DNA from: Methanobacteriota archaeon
GTDB taxonomy: Archaea > Halobacteriota > Bog-38 > Methanoflorentales > Methanoflorentaceae
Direction: 5' to 3'
Length of the DNA stretch: 64,000 nucleotides
Assembly (NCBI GenBank): GCA_963720465.1
Contig: OY970393.1
Span: 1,600,001-1,664,000, forward strand
Position numbers and translations under genes: made by a program. Below, in pieces: positions 9,187 to 18,764 of this stretch. Position 1 is the first letter of the stretch, and every line of letters starts with the position of its first letter. The notes below the pieces were generated by a model. That model saw nothing but the letters and a program-made list of their open reading frames with translations. It did no database searches and had not been told where the DNA came from.

Positions 9187-10614
9187 CTATTTTTGCCGAA
9201 TCCGCCGTGATAGAGGCACGAATGCGATCGTGGCTAACACGACGAGCACAAGAAGTAAAAGCACCGCTACGTCCGTATTGCTGTAGTCAAACAGTCCTAA
9301 GAAGTTTGTTGGTATGGGCTTAGCCCCGACGGCGGTATAGAGGGGCGCACCATAAAGCCACCCGTGGGAGGAATTGTTGTAGTACACGTAGACGTTGTAC
9401 GCTGCTCCTGTGGTGTTTGTGGGGACCGTCGGAGGCGACAGGACGCCAATCTGCTCGCCTGCGCCGAGGCGTACCCAGCCGTAGCCGTCGTTCTGTTGAA
9501 CGGCGGCCGATGAACCGGTGCCGGGATCTTGGTTCAAAACAGCTTCGCCATTGATGCGGCCGGGCAGCGCTGCGGTTCCGTTATGGAGTATCGCATAGGG
9601 GGCTACCCAAGCCGTTGTGTTGCCGAGATTGGTTATATCCCACATGATCGAGTTTTGAGGATTTGGCACCTGTCGAACAGAGGTTACTGTGATCGCAGGC
9701 CAAGCCCCTATCGGTTTGGGTGGGTAATCCTGCTGCAGTTGTGAAATGATCGCAGGGAATCCGAGCTGCTGATAGTCAGCAATCGTAGCTCCCAACCCGA
9801 AGAACACGTTGAAGCTAGTGAAACCCACTCCCTCGGAATAACTCCAATCGAGTAGTGTTTTGTATGTACTGTAATTTAGGGCCGCGTTGTTTTTAGCCCA
9901 CACGCCTGCCGTTATGCCCTGCGGCTTTCCGAGGTTGTACGAGATCAGAGCCCCTTGCTGTATGCTCGTGATTTCGGAGGGATAGTACGCTTCCCACCAC
10001 ATTTGCGTAACGTCAGGATCCGTGTAGCCGCCTTGCCAAACGCCGCACAAGTCGCAGTTAAAAAATGTAACGGTGGCGAAGTAATCCTTCAACGCAGCAA
10101 AATCGCCACTTCGTCCTCCCTCAGTGGCTACGTTTTGCCAGCCAGCCTGCTTCCACATGCTAAAATCCGAATCGAAGTGCGATATGGGTGTTGATTCGTT
10201 AGCGCCGCCGTTCCAGATGATATACTCGACATCCAAGATAGGGTACATGCCCAGCTGCTTGATTTTCTGCAACTCTTGGTCGTACGGGACGGGTGCTGCG
10301 GCGACGAGCACTACTGTGGTGAAGCCCTGAGCTTTAAAATACTCGATTGTGCCATCCCAGATTTGATTGGGCGCCAGCGACACGCTGTAGCCGAGCTGTG
10401 GCTTAGGCGACGCGTCTGAGGGGGCTAGGGCCGTAGCCGCAACTGTCGGCGGTGTCGTCGAAACGGCCGTAGCAGGAACCGTCGTTGCTGCCTTTGGAAC
10501 GGCCGTAGCAGGAACCGTCGTTGCTGCCCCCGAAACGATAGGCACAAAAATGGCCGAGCATCCGACGAGCAACACTAATGCAAGAACGACTGACTTTCTG
10601 ATCATTGTTTGCAC
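9187..10614 (-). CDS. Secreted, C-terminally anchored protein, possible TIM-barrel glycoside-hydrolase-like domain
   Basis: Signal peptide, Thr/Ala/Pro linker, alpha/beta domain with ATEGG and WEAY glutamates, beta-rich domain, TM + RRIRQK. Function is inference. Confidence 0.6.
   Translation of the reverse strand: MQTMIRKSVVLALVLLVGCSAIFVPIVSGAATTVPATAVPKAATTVPATAVSTTPPTVAATALAPSDASPKPQLGYSVSLAPNQIWDGTIEYFKAQGFTTVVLVAAAPVPYDQELQKIKQLGMYPILDVEYIIWNGGANESTPISHFDSDFSMWKQAGWQNVATEGGRSGDFAALKDYFATVTFFNCDLCGVWQGGYTDPDVTQMWWEAYYPSEITSIQQGALISYNLGKPQGITAGVWAKNNAALNYSTYKTLLDWSYSEGVGFTSFNVFFGLGATIADYQQLGFPAIISQLQQDYPPKPIGAWPAITVTSVRQVPNPQNSIMWDITNLGNTTAWVAPYAILHNGTAALPGRINGEAVLNQDPGTGSSAAVQQNDGYGWVRLGAGEQIGVLSPPTVPTNTTGAAYNVYVYYNNSSHGWLYGAPLYTAVGAKPIPTNFLGLFDYSNTDVAVLLLLVLVVLATIAFVPLSRRIRQK
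10462..10528. repeat. 31-bp exact direct repeat with 36-bp period (AATTVPATAV x2)
   Basis: aacggccgtagcaggaaccgtcgttgctgcc at 10462-10492 and 10498-10528. Confidence 0.9.
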
Positions 10615-10917
10615 TTACGACTCGCGAGCGGGCAACTTTAAAATAGGCCAAAACACGTCTACGCTCCTCCTATTTGCGAGCTAAGGATCCCCGTGCGGTC
10701 GCTAGTAAACATTTGTGGCGTTGTTGTACCCTTACGTGTGGGCTATTTATAGTTACTCTCCGGACAGTCAGCACGACGATCGCTGAGCCACAAGCGTCGC
10801 GTTCCTATATTTGGACGCGCCGGAACGCATGGCAATCTCCGCTAACGTCTCTCGCCCGCGTCAACCTGTGCAACACGTCGGAGCGCTCAAATAAGTCCTT
10901 TTGATGTCGCTGAGTGC

Positions 10918-11340
10918 TTACGCACTACGCTGTGTGATTATAAAAGTCGTTGCGCCTGCTTGAGACAAATTCACTGGGCCGATTTGCAGGTTGACCGTGG
11001 CGATCGCCACGTGCACCGAACTTGTTCCTTTGACGAAAGTCAGAATCACATCTGATCCTTGGTGAACGGGGGTTGAACCTTGGTACCCTCGGTTTGCCAT
11101 TTCAGTCTTATAAAAATCAGCAACTTGAGTAGCGGAGCCAGTTGTCTGGTAGGTCGTCACATTGCCCTCGCTGGTATTGACTGATGCCGTCTTCAATGAG
11201 GGCTGATACACAGGCACGGCGCTAGGACCGTTCCCCTGCCCACCAGAGGGGGTTGTTGACACGCACCCCGATATGCAGGTGGCCAGGACAATCAAGGCCA
11301 GCACCGGCACAAGAATGTACTTGGTTTTCATTGTTTTCAT
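10918..11340 (-). CDS. Putative archaeal lipoprotein
   Basis: MKTMKTK + hydrophobic stretch + ISGC lipobox; GAGG RBS. Confidence 0.75.
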   Translation of the reverse strand: MKTMKTKYILVPVLALIVLATCISGCVSTTPSGGQGNGPSAVPVYQPSLKTASVNTSEGNVTTYQTTGSATQVADFYKTEMANRGYQGSTPVHQGSDVILTFVKGTSSVHVAIATVNLQIGPVNLSQAGATTFIITQRSA

Positions 11341-11500
11341 TGCTACCTCACCTAGCTTCGCCCTTATCGCTTTTACCAGTATCGGTGCTCGTTTCTGATC
11401 TGCAGTCCGCAAGCTGCGTATCCAGTTGCCATGCCAAAGAAGCCTCGCACGGAGTTGATAATACCAAAACATCATCGGTATTACTTGCTGACCGTTCAGT

Positions 11501-12061
11501 TCACTTCTCCCCTTTCAACTCCTTTCCGACGCTCCAAGCTTTTGCGAATCTCTTGCCAAGCTCCCAATAACTCTGGTCCGTCATGGTGAAGAGAAGCGGC
11601 CGCACTTTGCCATAGTCTACTACGCCGTCGGTCAGCACCGCATCTTCAGCGTACGTCGTGACGATTTCGCCTATGAACACGTCGTGTTTGGGAAAATCAA
11701 CCACCTTTATGAGCTTGCACTCCGTGCTAATGGGACATTCTGCAATCATAGTGGCGGTCTTGAGGTTGCCATAGAAAACGTGAAATAACTGCGCTTTGTC
11801 GACGTGCTTCCCTGACACCAAGCCACAGTAGTCAGTTTCCTTCACCATATCAGCAGATGGTAGGTTGATGCTGAACGTCCCGTTCTCTTTGATTCCGGCG
11901 TTAGTGTAATGGGCTTTAGCCATCCCGAGGGAGACACTTCCCAGGTCCATAATGCCGACGTGCGCGATGGTGACGAAGTTAGGTCCTCCCTCTACCGTTG
12001 CCCCTACGAGAGTCGTTGGCATGGGGTAAAGACAATTTTGCGCTCCAAGCTCAATTTTCAT
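11501..12061 (-). CDS. Flavin reductase family protein (flavoredoxin-like)
   Basis: LYPMP..LVG, N.GIKENG.FSINLP, DYCGLVSG, I.ECP...EC, HDVFIGEIV. Confidence 0.9.
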   Translation of the reverse strand: MKIELGAQNCLYPMPTTLVGATVEGGPNFVTIAHVGIMDLGSVSLGMAKAHYTNAGIKENGTFSINLPSADMVKETDYCGLVSGKHVDKAQLFHVFYGNLKTATMIAECPISTECKLIKVVDFPKHDVFIGEIVTTYAEDAVLTDGVVDYGKVRPLLFTMTDQSYWELGKRFAKAWSVGKELKGEK

Positions 12062-12288
12062 CTTGTGCCTCCTTCCAAGTGCGGTTCAGATCTCACGTGC
12101 AGACATATGAGACTTTTCGATCAAGATTCCACTCATCTGGCGGACGTGTTTGATAGTTTAGCTACGCGGCGCCCTTACCAACGTGCGGAGTTCGCACTAC
12201 TACATTTTTGTCAATACGACAATCGTGGTCAACGAGGCGATCGCGCATTAGCAGGCACGAGCGGTCGCCTGAAAAAAAGCGAGCCGTG

Positions 12289-14298
12289 CTAGACGAAATG
12301 AAGGCTGGTTATGATGACATCAATTGCTTTAATCCCGATGAACGGGACTATCAAGCCGCCTACGCCGTAAATCGCAATATTTCTCAAGAGAATTGTTGAC
12401 GCGTCACTCGGCTTGTATTTCACACCTCTCATGGCAAGCGGAATCAGCGCCGGGATGATAAGGGCATTGAATATTACGGCAGATAATATCGCGCTCTCCG
12501 GCGATGAGAGCTGCATAATATTGAGCTTATTTGCTTGAGGGATAGCAACGGCGAAAATAGCGGGGATGATTGCGAAATACTTGGCGACGTCGTTGACGAT
12601 GCTAAACGTCGTAATGGCGCCGCGCGTCATCAGGAGCTGTTTTCCGATCGACACGACCGATATCAGCTTTGACGGATCGCTGTCGAGGTCGACCATGTTC
12701 GCGGCCTCTTTTGCTGCTTGCGTGCCGCTATTCATGGCGAGCCCCACATCGGCCTGCGCCAATGCAGGAGCATCATTGGTGCCGTCTCCGGTCATCGCAA
12801 CGAGCTTGCCTGCTGCCTGCTCGGCTGCGACGATGTTTATCTTGTCCTCCGGCTTGCTTTCGGGAATGTAGTCATCGACTCCTGCCTCTGCCGCGATCGT
12901 CGCCGCGGTGAGTCTGTTGTCTCCGGTGACCATGACCGTCCTAATTCCCATGCTCTTCAACTCTTGCAACCGGTCTCGCATGCCGGGCTTCACGGTATCT
13001 TTGAGGTGTATCACACCGATAGGGTCGTGATCTATTGATACCACGAGCGGCGTCGCTCCCTTGCGTGAAATGCCGTCAACGACTTCTTTAAATCCGCCGG
13101 GAACGTACTTGACGTAAGCTGACATCACGTCAAATGCTCCCTTGCGAATTTCTGAGCCATCGGCTAGATCAACCCCACTCATCTTTGTGTCCGCAGAGAA
13201 GTCGATTACTTCGCTAATCTCCGGCTCAACCAAATCGGGCATCAGCTTCTTTGCTAGGTTCACAATTGACCGGCCTTCGGGGGTCTCATCACGCACTGAG
13301 GCGAGAAACGCTGCCTTCGTGACCTCCCCGCTTGTCTTGTCGCCAAGCGGGATGAACTCCTCGGCGAGTCTGTTGCCGATCGTTATCGTGCCTGTTTTGT
13401 CGAGGATAAGCGTGTTGATATCGCCTGCCGCCTCAACCGCTTTTCCTGATTTGGCAATAACGTTGAATTGCGTCACTCTGTCCATACCAGCGATTCCGAT
13501 TGCGGAAAGCAACCCACCGATGGTCGTTGGGATCAGGCAGACGAGCAGAGCGATTAAGGTAGTGGTGCTTACCAGTGCACCGGAATAACCGGCGAGCGCG
13601 TTAAGCGTAACGATGACGAGAAGGAATATCCACGTGAGGCCCGCAAGAACGATGGTGAGTGCGATTTCGTTGGGCGTTTTTTGTCGCGACGCCCCCTCGA
13701 CAAGCGCGATCATTTTGTCGAGGAACGACTCTCCTGGGTTTGCCGTAATGCGAATTATAAGTTCATCACTCAAGAGCGTCGTACCGCCCGTTACCGAGCT
13801 AAAATCTCCACCGCTTTCGCGAATTACCGGTGCAGACTCTCCCGTTATTGCGGATTCGTCCACGGCGCCCCTGCCCTTGATAACCTCGCCGTCATTCGGG
13901 ATGACCTCGCGAGCGCTGACTCTTACCACATCGTCTTTCACAAGATCGTGCCCGTTTACTTCAACGATCTGATCCCCGACGACCTTATTCGCTGTGACCT
14001 CCTTTTTCGTTTTTTTCAGGCTCTCTGCTTGGGCCTTGCCACGTCCCTCGGCAATCGCTTCGGCAAAGGTGGAAAAGAGCACGGTTATCAGTAAGATCGC
14101 TGAAATCGTGCTAATAAACACGAGCTGTCCGCTTCCGGCTATGGCGGCGGAGATCGCGAGTATGAGCGTATACACGAAGCCCACCTCGACAACAAACATC
14201 ACGGGGTTTGCGATGAGCGACCGTGGATCGAGTTTCCGTATCGATTCCTTTAACGCCTCCACGAGCATTGCCCCGCCATACCACTTTTGGTTGTCCAT
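12289..14298 (-). CDS. kdpB: K+-transporting P-type ATPase subunit B
   Basis: [45 protein letters not shown]; start MDNQK at 14298 after AAGGGGG. Confidence 0.97.
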   Translation of the reverse strand: MDNQKWYGGAMLVEALKESIRKLDPRSLIANPVMFVVEVGFVYTLILAISAAIAGSGQLVFISTISAILLITVLFSTFAEAIAEGRGKAQAESLKKTKKEVTANKVVGDQIVEVNGHDLVKDDVVRVSAREVIPNDGEVIKGRGAVDESAITGESAPVIRESGGDFSSVTGGTTLLSDELIIRITANPGESFLDKMIALVEGASRQKTPNEIALTIVLAGLTWIFLLVIVTLNALAGYSGALVSTTTLIALLVCLIPTTIGGLLSAIGIAGMDRVTQFNVIAKSGKAVEAAGDINTLILDKTGTITIGNRLAEEFIPLGDKTSGEVTKAAFLASVRDETPEGRSIVNLAKKLMPDLVEPEISEVIDFSADTKMSGVDLADGSEIRKGAFDVMSAYVKYVPGGFKEVVDGISRKGATPLVVSIDHDPIGVIHLKDTVKPGMRDRLQELKSMGIRTVMVTGDNRLTAATIAAEAGVDDYIPESKPEDKINIVAAEQAAGKLVAMTGDGTNDAPALAQADVGLAMNSGTQAAKEAANMVDLDSDPSKLISVVSIGKQLLMTRGAITTFSIVNDVAKYFAIIPAIFAVAIPQANKLNIMQLSSPESAILSAVIFNALIIPALIPLAMRGVKYKPSDASTILLRNIAIYGVGGLIVPFIGIKAIDVIITSLHFV

Positions 14299-14309
14299 GG
14301 CGTGCCCCC

Positions 14310-16007
14310 TTAAAGGAGTGCCTCCCCCAGAGGTCCTAAAACCAGCACCGGGAAAAACGTCAGTGCGCCGAGAATCAGGATGACACCGATCAGTATGAGG
14401 CCAAAAATCCATGTGTCGGTTCGAAACGTTCCGGCATCGTACGGCGTAATCTTCTTACGCAGCAATGAATCAGAAACTAGGAGCATGAGCGGGAACGTTA
14501 TGTATCTCCCGAGTAGCATCGTGACCCCAAGCGTATAGTTCAAAAACGGGGTATTGGCACTCAAACCGGCGAATGCTGATCCATTGTTGGCTGCAGCTGA
14601 TGAAAACGCGTAGAGCATCTCAGTAAAGCCGTGAAACCCTGGGTTGCCTAAAGCGCTCGTCGCGAAAACGATCCCTGCTGCGGTAAACCCGAGTATAAGG
14701 ACCGGATGGACGAGAAATGCGAGGAATGTGAGCTTGACCTCTTTGGATTCAATTTTCCGGCCAAGGTATTGCGGGCTACGTCCGACCATCAGGCCTGCTA
14801 TGAATACGGCCAGTATCACGTACATCAGGATGCTGAGAAGGCCTGACCCCTCACCGGCAAAAAGGGAGCCGATCATAAGGAGGAAGAGCGGGATGGCCCC
14901 TCCGATCGCCGTGTAGCTGTCGAGCATGCTGTTCACTGATCCCGTCCCCGTTGAGGTCGTCGACACAGTGAACATCACGGAGTTGTCGGTGCCGAATCGA
15001 ACCTCTTTGCCTTCCAGATTTCCGCTCGACTGGTTCACCGCAAGGTTCGAGAGAGCAGGGTTTGACGATTCCGCAAGGAGCCCGATGCTGAGCAAGACAA
15101 TGAATACGGTCGTCAGAGTTCCGATGAGAATCCACCCCTCTTTGGTGTTACCTGTCATCACCCCGAATGTGTAAAGCAGGGAAATAGGGATAATTAGCAT
15201 TGCGACGATTTCGATTGCGTTGGTCAGCGGCGTGGGATTTTCAAAGGGGAACGCGGAATTTTGCGCGAAAAACCCTCCACCGTTCGTCCCGAGATGCTTT
15301 ATTGACTCGAGCGAAGCAACCGGTCCTCGGTACAGCGTGCTGATACTCCCTTCAACAGTGTGATAGCTCAGTGGACCTGCAAGCGTTTGCGGAACCCCCT
15401 GCACTAGCAACAAAATCGACACGATGATCGCGAACGGTACAAGCACCCGCGTCAGTGCGCGCACAAAATCAAAGTAGAAGTTGCCAATGCCGTTTATTTC
15501 CCGAAAACCAGGCCGTTGGTCCCTGCTCGCAAACCCCCTAATGAACGCGGCTCCGACCGCCATTCCGGTGGCGGCGGAAGTGAACATAAGAAACGTGATG
15601 CAGATCATCTGGGTGAGGTAGGACGCTTGTGTCTCGCCGGCATAGTTTTGCCAGTTCGTGTTCGTCATGAAACTTACGGCGGTGTTAAACGCTAGGTCGA
15701 TCGGCATGTTTGCCGCACCCGTCGGGTTCAGGGGCAGGTACCCTTGAGTAATTAGAATCAGCATGACAACGACGATCATGAGCCCGTTCACCAAAAGAAG
15801 GGTCAGGACGTAGCGTCCTACGCCCATATTTTCTCTTGGGTCAACACCAACTGCCCAGTGTAAGCCTCGCTCAATCGGACCAAACACCGCGTCGAGTCGA
15901 CTTCGCTCCTTGAAAAAAACTCCAACTAAGTAGCCGCCTACAGGGCGGACAAGGAGCAGAACAGTAGCAAGCTCCAGGATAATTTGAACAACGCCCAAGA
16001 CGTCCAT
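14310..16007 (-). CDS. kdpA: K+-transporting ATPase subunit A
   Basis: [45 protein letters not shown]. Confidence 0.97.
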   Translation of the reverse strand: MDVLGVVQIILELATVLLLVRPVGGYLVGVFFKERSRLDAVFGPIERGLHWAVGVDPRENMGVGRYVLTLLLVNGLMIVVVMLILITQGYLPLNPTGAANMPIDLAFNTAVSFMTNTNWQNYAGETQASYLTQMICITFLMFTSAATGMAVGAAFIRGFASRDQRPGFREINGIGNFYFDFVRALTRVLVPFAIIVSILLLVQGVPQTLAGPLSYHTVEGSISTLYRGPVASLESIKHLGTNGGGFFAQNSAFPFENPTPLTNAIEIVAMLIIPISLLYTFGVMTGNTKEGWILIGTLTTVFIVLLSIGLLAESSNPALSNLAVNQSSGNLEGKEVRFGTDNSVMFTVSTTSTGTGSVNSMLDSYTAIGGAIPLFLLMIGSLFAGEGSGLLSILMYVILAVFIAGLMVGRSPQYLGRKIESKEVKLTFLAFLVHPVLILGFTAAGIVFATSALGNPGFHGFTEMLYAFSSAAANNGSAFAGLSANTPFLNYTLGVTMLLGRYITFPLMLLVSDSLLRKKITPYDAGTFRTDTWIFGLILIGVILILGALTFFPVLVLGPLGEALL

Positions 16008-16015
16008 TCACACCA

Positions 16016-16105
16016 CTAAAACCGTTCGGGATATAGTATGATGTAGGTAAGATATATGAGCAACAATAGCGAGATGACTACGAAGATGACGTAGTATATA
16101 TCCAT
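16016..16105 (-). CDS. kdpF: KdpF, 29-aa stabilising subunit (not in ORF track)
   Basis: Hand translation MDIYYVIFVVISLLLLIYLTYIILYPERF*; single TM with YL.Y....PERF signature; ends 8 bp before kdpA. Confidence 0.92.
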   Translation of the reverse strand: MDIYYVIFVVISLLLLIYLTYIILYPERF

Positions 16106-16127
16106 CCCTCGCATGATAGGCATGGAC

Positions 16128-16136
16128 ATATAAAAA
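16128..16136 (-). promoter_or_regulatory. Putative TATA box of kdpFAB
   Basis: TTTTTATAT on minus strand, 22 nt before the kdpF ATG. Confidence 0.55.
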
Positions 16137-16260
16137 CTTCACCCTTAGGGGCCTAAACAAGCTATTTGGAGCATACAACGCAGATATGGGGCCACGCATA
16201 GCGCATCGATACGCGCACAAATTCTAGTTAACTGTAAAACAACAAGGCGCGAACTCATCT

Positions 16261-17028
16261 ATGTATAAGCGCATCCTGCTTCCAATTTCGAACCCAAAAA
16301 ATGCTGAGTACACCTTGAAAGCAGCGCTGAGACTGCTCGACAAGGGAGGAGCGCTGATACTCCTCGGCGTGCTTCGCGCGCATGAAAACTATCCTGACCG
16401 GAATAAGAACTATCGCGACAAGGTGAATCTCATAGTGCGGCTAATGCAATTGGCGCAGAGGTTCAATGTCGAGGCCGTCCCAGAAATCACACACGCCTCC
16501 TCCGTTTATGATGCCATTGTTCAGCAGATAGCGAAACACGATGCGGATCTGACGGTGCTGGGTTACAGTCTGCGATCAACTCTCTACAAGATTCGTCACG
16601 GCGACATCATCTATCCGATCATGAAAAACGCCAAGTGTGATGTCATACTATCGAATCTAAAATATGACAGTGCATTTGAGCGGATACTGGTGCCCTCTGC
16701 AGGATACAAGCATTCTATCGCGGCGCTCAAGATAGCCGAAACGCTTACAGAACCTACACAGGGCCAGATAACGTTACTCCACATAACCGAAGCAAATGAA
16801 AGTGACCAGCTAGACGACCTTAAAGCATTGGCGTCCGCGAATGAGCGAGTAAGCGTGGAAGTCCGTTCAGGTCCCGTCGCTGAGCAGATTATAGCGATTG
16901 CAAAAGATTACGATGCGCTGGTTATGGGAGCTTCGGAACGTCCGCGCAGCGCGAGCGTCGTTTTTGGGACTGTAGTTGACAAAGTAATTGAAAACGCGCA
17001 AAGTAACATCCTCGTCGTGAGAGCGTAG
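16261..17028 (+). CDS. Tandem-domain universal stress protein (KdpQ/Cat3-like position)
   Basis: Two USP domains (YKRILLP...; FERILVP...LVMGAS.....VFGTV.DKV......ILVV). Confidence 0.88.
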   Translation: MYKRILLPISNPKNAEYTLKAALRLLDKGGALILLGVLRAHENYPDRNKNYRDKVNLIVRLMQLAQRFNVEAVPEITHASSVYDAIVQQIAKHDADLTVLGYSLRSTLYKIRHGDIIYPIMKNAKCDVILSNLKYDSAFERILVPSAGYKHSIAALKIAETLTEPTQGQITLLHITEANESDQLDDLKALASANERVSVEVRSGPVAEQIIAIAKDYDALVMGASERPRSASVVFGTVVDKVIENAQSNILVVRA

Positions 17029-17035
17029 ACGAAGA

Positions 17036-17662
17036 TTACCCCGCGGTTGCGTTCGTGGCCGTTGCATTCAGCGCTGCTGCGTTTAAGGCCGTGGCGTTCG
17101 CCTCTGCAGATTTCAGTGCGGAGGGGCTTAATAGGTTATCCAATGCAAGATTGAGTTGCAGTACGTTGACCCGTGGCTCTCCAAAGATGCCGGCAACGGG
17201 ATTTTCAGTGTATTGATTCACCAGCTGGTTGAGCACATCTTGAGAGATGCCTGTCAAATTCGAAATGCGCGGAACTTGCAGCAAGGCGCTGCTAGATGCA
17301 ATATTGGGGTCAACGCCTGAGCCAGATTGCGTCACCAAATCGATCGGAACGAGATTGATAGACGGATTGAGCTTCTTCTGATAGGCCACCTGTTGACTGA
17401 CATTCTCGATGAGGGCAGGATTGTTTGGTCCCCAATTGGACACCCCAGATGGCCTCGATTGAAAGTGCATCGGATCGACAAACGACTGCCCGATTAGGCT
17501 CGAACCAACAACTGTGCCATTTTGTGTCAGCACACTTCCATTTGCAGCCGGCTTATCCGCGATTTGCCCTATGCCTACGAGTAAAAGAGGGAAAACTAGT
17601 CCGCACAATACTAAAAAGATCACGGTTGTTTTGAACGCTGCAAACAGGTCACTTCTTAGCAT
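17036..17662 (-). CDS. kdpC: K+-transporting ATPase subunit C
   Basis: LCGLVFP, ANGS.....G.VVGS.LIGQ.F, F.SRPS, DLVT.SGSG.DP.I, QVPRI, FGEPRVNVL.LNLALD. Confidence 0.95.
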   Translation of the reverse strand: MLRSDLFAAFKTTVIFLVLCGLVFPLLLVGIGQIADKPAANGSVLTQNGTVVGSSLIGQSFVDPMHFQSRPSGVSNWGPNNPALIENVSQQVAYQKKLNPSINLVPIDLVTQSGSGVDPNIASSSALLQVPRISNLTGISQDVLNQLVNQYTENPVAGIFGEPRVNVLQLNLALDNLLSPSALKSAEANATALNAAALNATATNATAG

Positions 17663-17686
17663 TGATGCCGCATGGAAACATATTCG

Positions 17687-17694
17687 TTTAAATA
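17687..17694 (-). promoter_or_regulatory. Putative TATA box of leaderless kdpC
   Basis: TATTTAAA 24 nt upstream of the kdpC ATG; no SD sequence. Confidence 0.55.
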
Positions 17695-17715
17695 TCTTGC
17701 GCCGCAGCTGCTGAA

Positions 17716-18162
17716 CGTGACTACCTACTAATGTGTGTTATGCGTTCGGGAATCCGCATCTATGAACTGCTGAACCTGCGGCTGCAGGACATCGAATACC
17801 ACAATCACGTGATCAATATGTGAAGGCGAAGGGCAGAAAGCAGCGGCGGCTCCCGCTTGATGTGATGACGCTGGCTGAGCTGCATGACTACGTGGCTAAA
17901 ATACCATCGCGAACAACGCGCCCCTTCCCAATAGCACAGCAATGGGCCTGGGAGCTGGCGAAGCCGTATGGAGCGGTGATCACAAGCACGTACACTCGCA
18001 TAGTTTCAGGCATACTTTGCTATCAACATGGTCCGGCACGGGGTCAATTTCCGGCGGCTGCAGCAGGTGCGGGGACCGGCGTCGATGAGCTCGACTGCTG
18101 TGTACCTGCAGTTCAATGATAGAGATTTGCAGGTCATATATGCAAAGTGCCGATTTGCATGA
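17716..18162 (+). pseudogene. Tyrosine recombinase/integrase (Xer-like) catalytic-domain relic with several frameshifts
   Basis: Across frames: RDYLL...SGIRIYELLNLRLQDI; KAKGRKQRRLPL; VHSHSFRHT; FAINMVRHG.NFRRLQQVRGPASMSSTAVY. No N-terminal domain. Confidence 0.85.
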
Positions 18163-18268
18163 CCACCTCTGGTCAATAACCGAAAATGAGACCCGAGGGC
18201 CCAGAACTCGAGCGGTTTGACCTAATCAGGACTCTGACTCCCGGCGTTGATCATGGTGGGCTCACCGC

Positions 18269-18760
18269 TTAATGGTGTTGTTCTGCGATTCGCATACGCG
18301 CGGGGCGTATCACCATGATGCACGTGCGGGCATTCCGCATAATCTCGGTCACCGTGCCGCCCACGAGCAGTCTCGACGCTGAGAAAGAGCTTGCGTCTCC
18401 AAGCATGACGAGATCGTAGTGTCCTTCGCTCACCTCGTCCAGGATCTCTGCGGCAGCGTGCCCCTCCCTCACAACCGCGCGGACCGTGAGCCCTTGTTCT
18501 CGCATATATGCACATAGAGGGTCGAGAAAGATCCGTCTCGCGGCCTTTTTCTCTGAGTCAACGTCTCCAACGAGTGCTTCGATCCGCTCCAAATCTTCCC
18601 GAAATATGCGCTTGTAACTCTCGTAGATGCCGCGCTCAGTGAGCACATACAGCAGCGTGTAGTCGATATCGCGCCGGAGCGCGTTTACGGCACATTTCAC
18701 GCCCTCCATAACTGAGGGCGATCCATCAAAACAGACGAGGACTTTCATGGTTACCACCAT
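18269..18760 (-). CDS. Universal stress protein
   Basis: KVLVCFDGS, VREGH.A.EIL, YDLVMLG, LLVGGTV; directly downstream of the transporter. Confidence 0.88.
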   Translation of the reverse strand: MVVTMKVLVCFDGSPSVMEGVKCAVNALRRDIDYTLLYVLTERGIYESYKRIFREDLERIEALVGDVDSEKKAARRIFLDPLCAYMREQGLTVRAVVREGHAAAEILDEVSEGHYDLVMLGDASSFSASRLLVGGTVTEIMRNARTCIMVIRPARMRIAEQHH

Positions 18761-18764
18761 CGAT

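Noticed and set aside
14299-14412. N-terminal extension of KdpB in the ORF track
   Set aside because: Overlaps kdpA; the SD-preceded ATG at 14298 is the better start.
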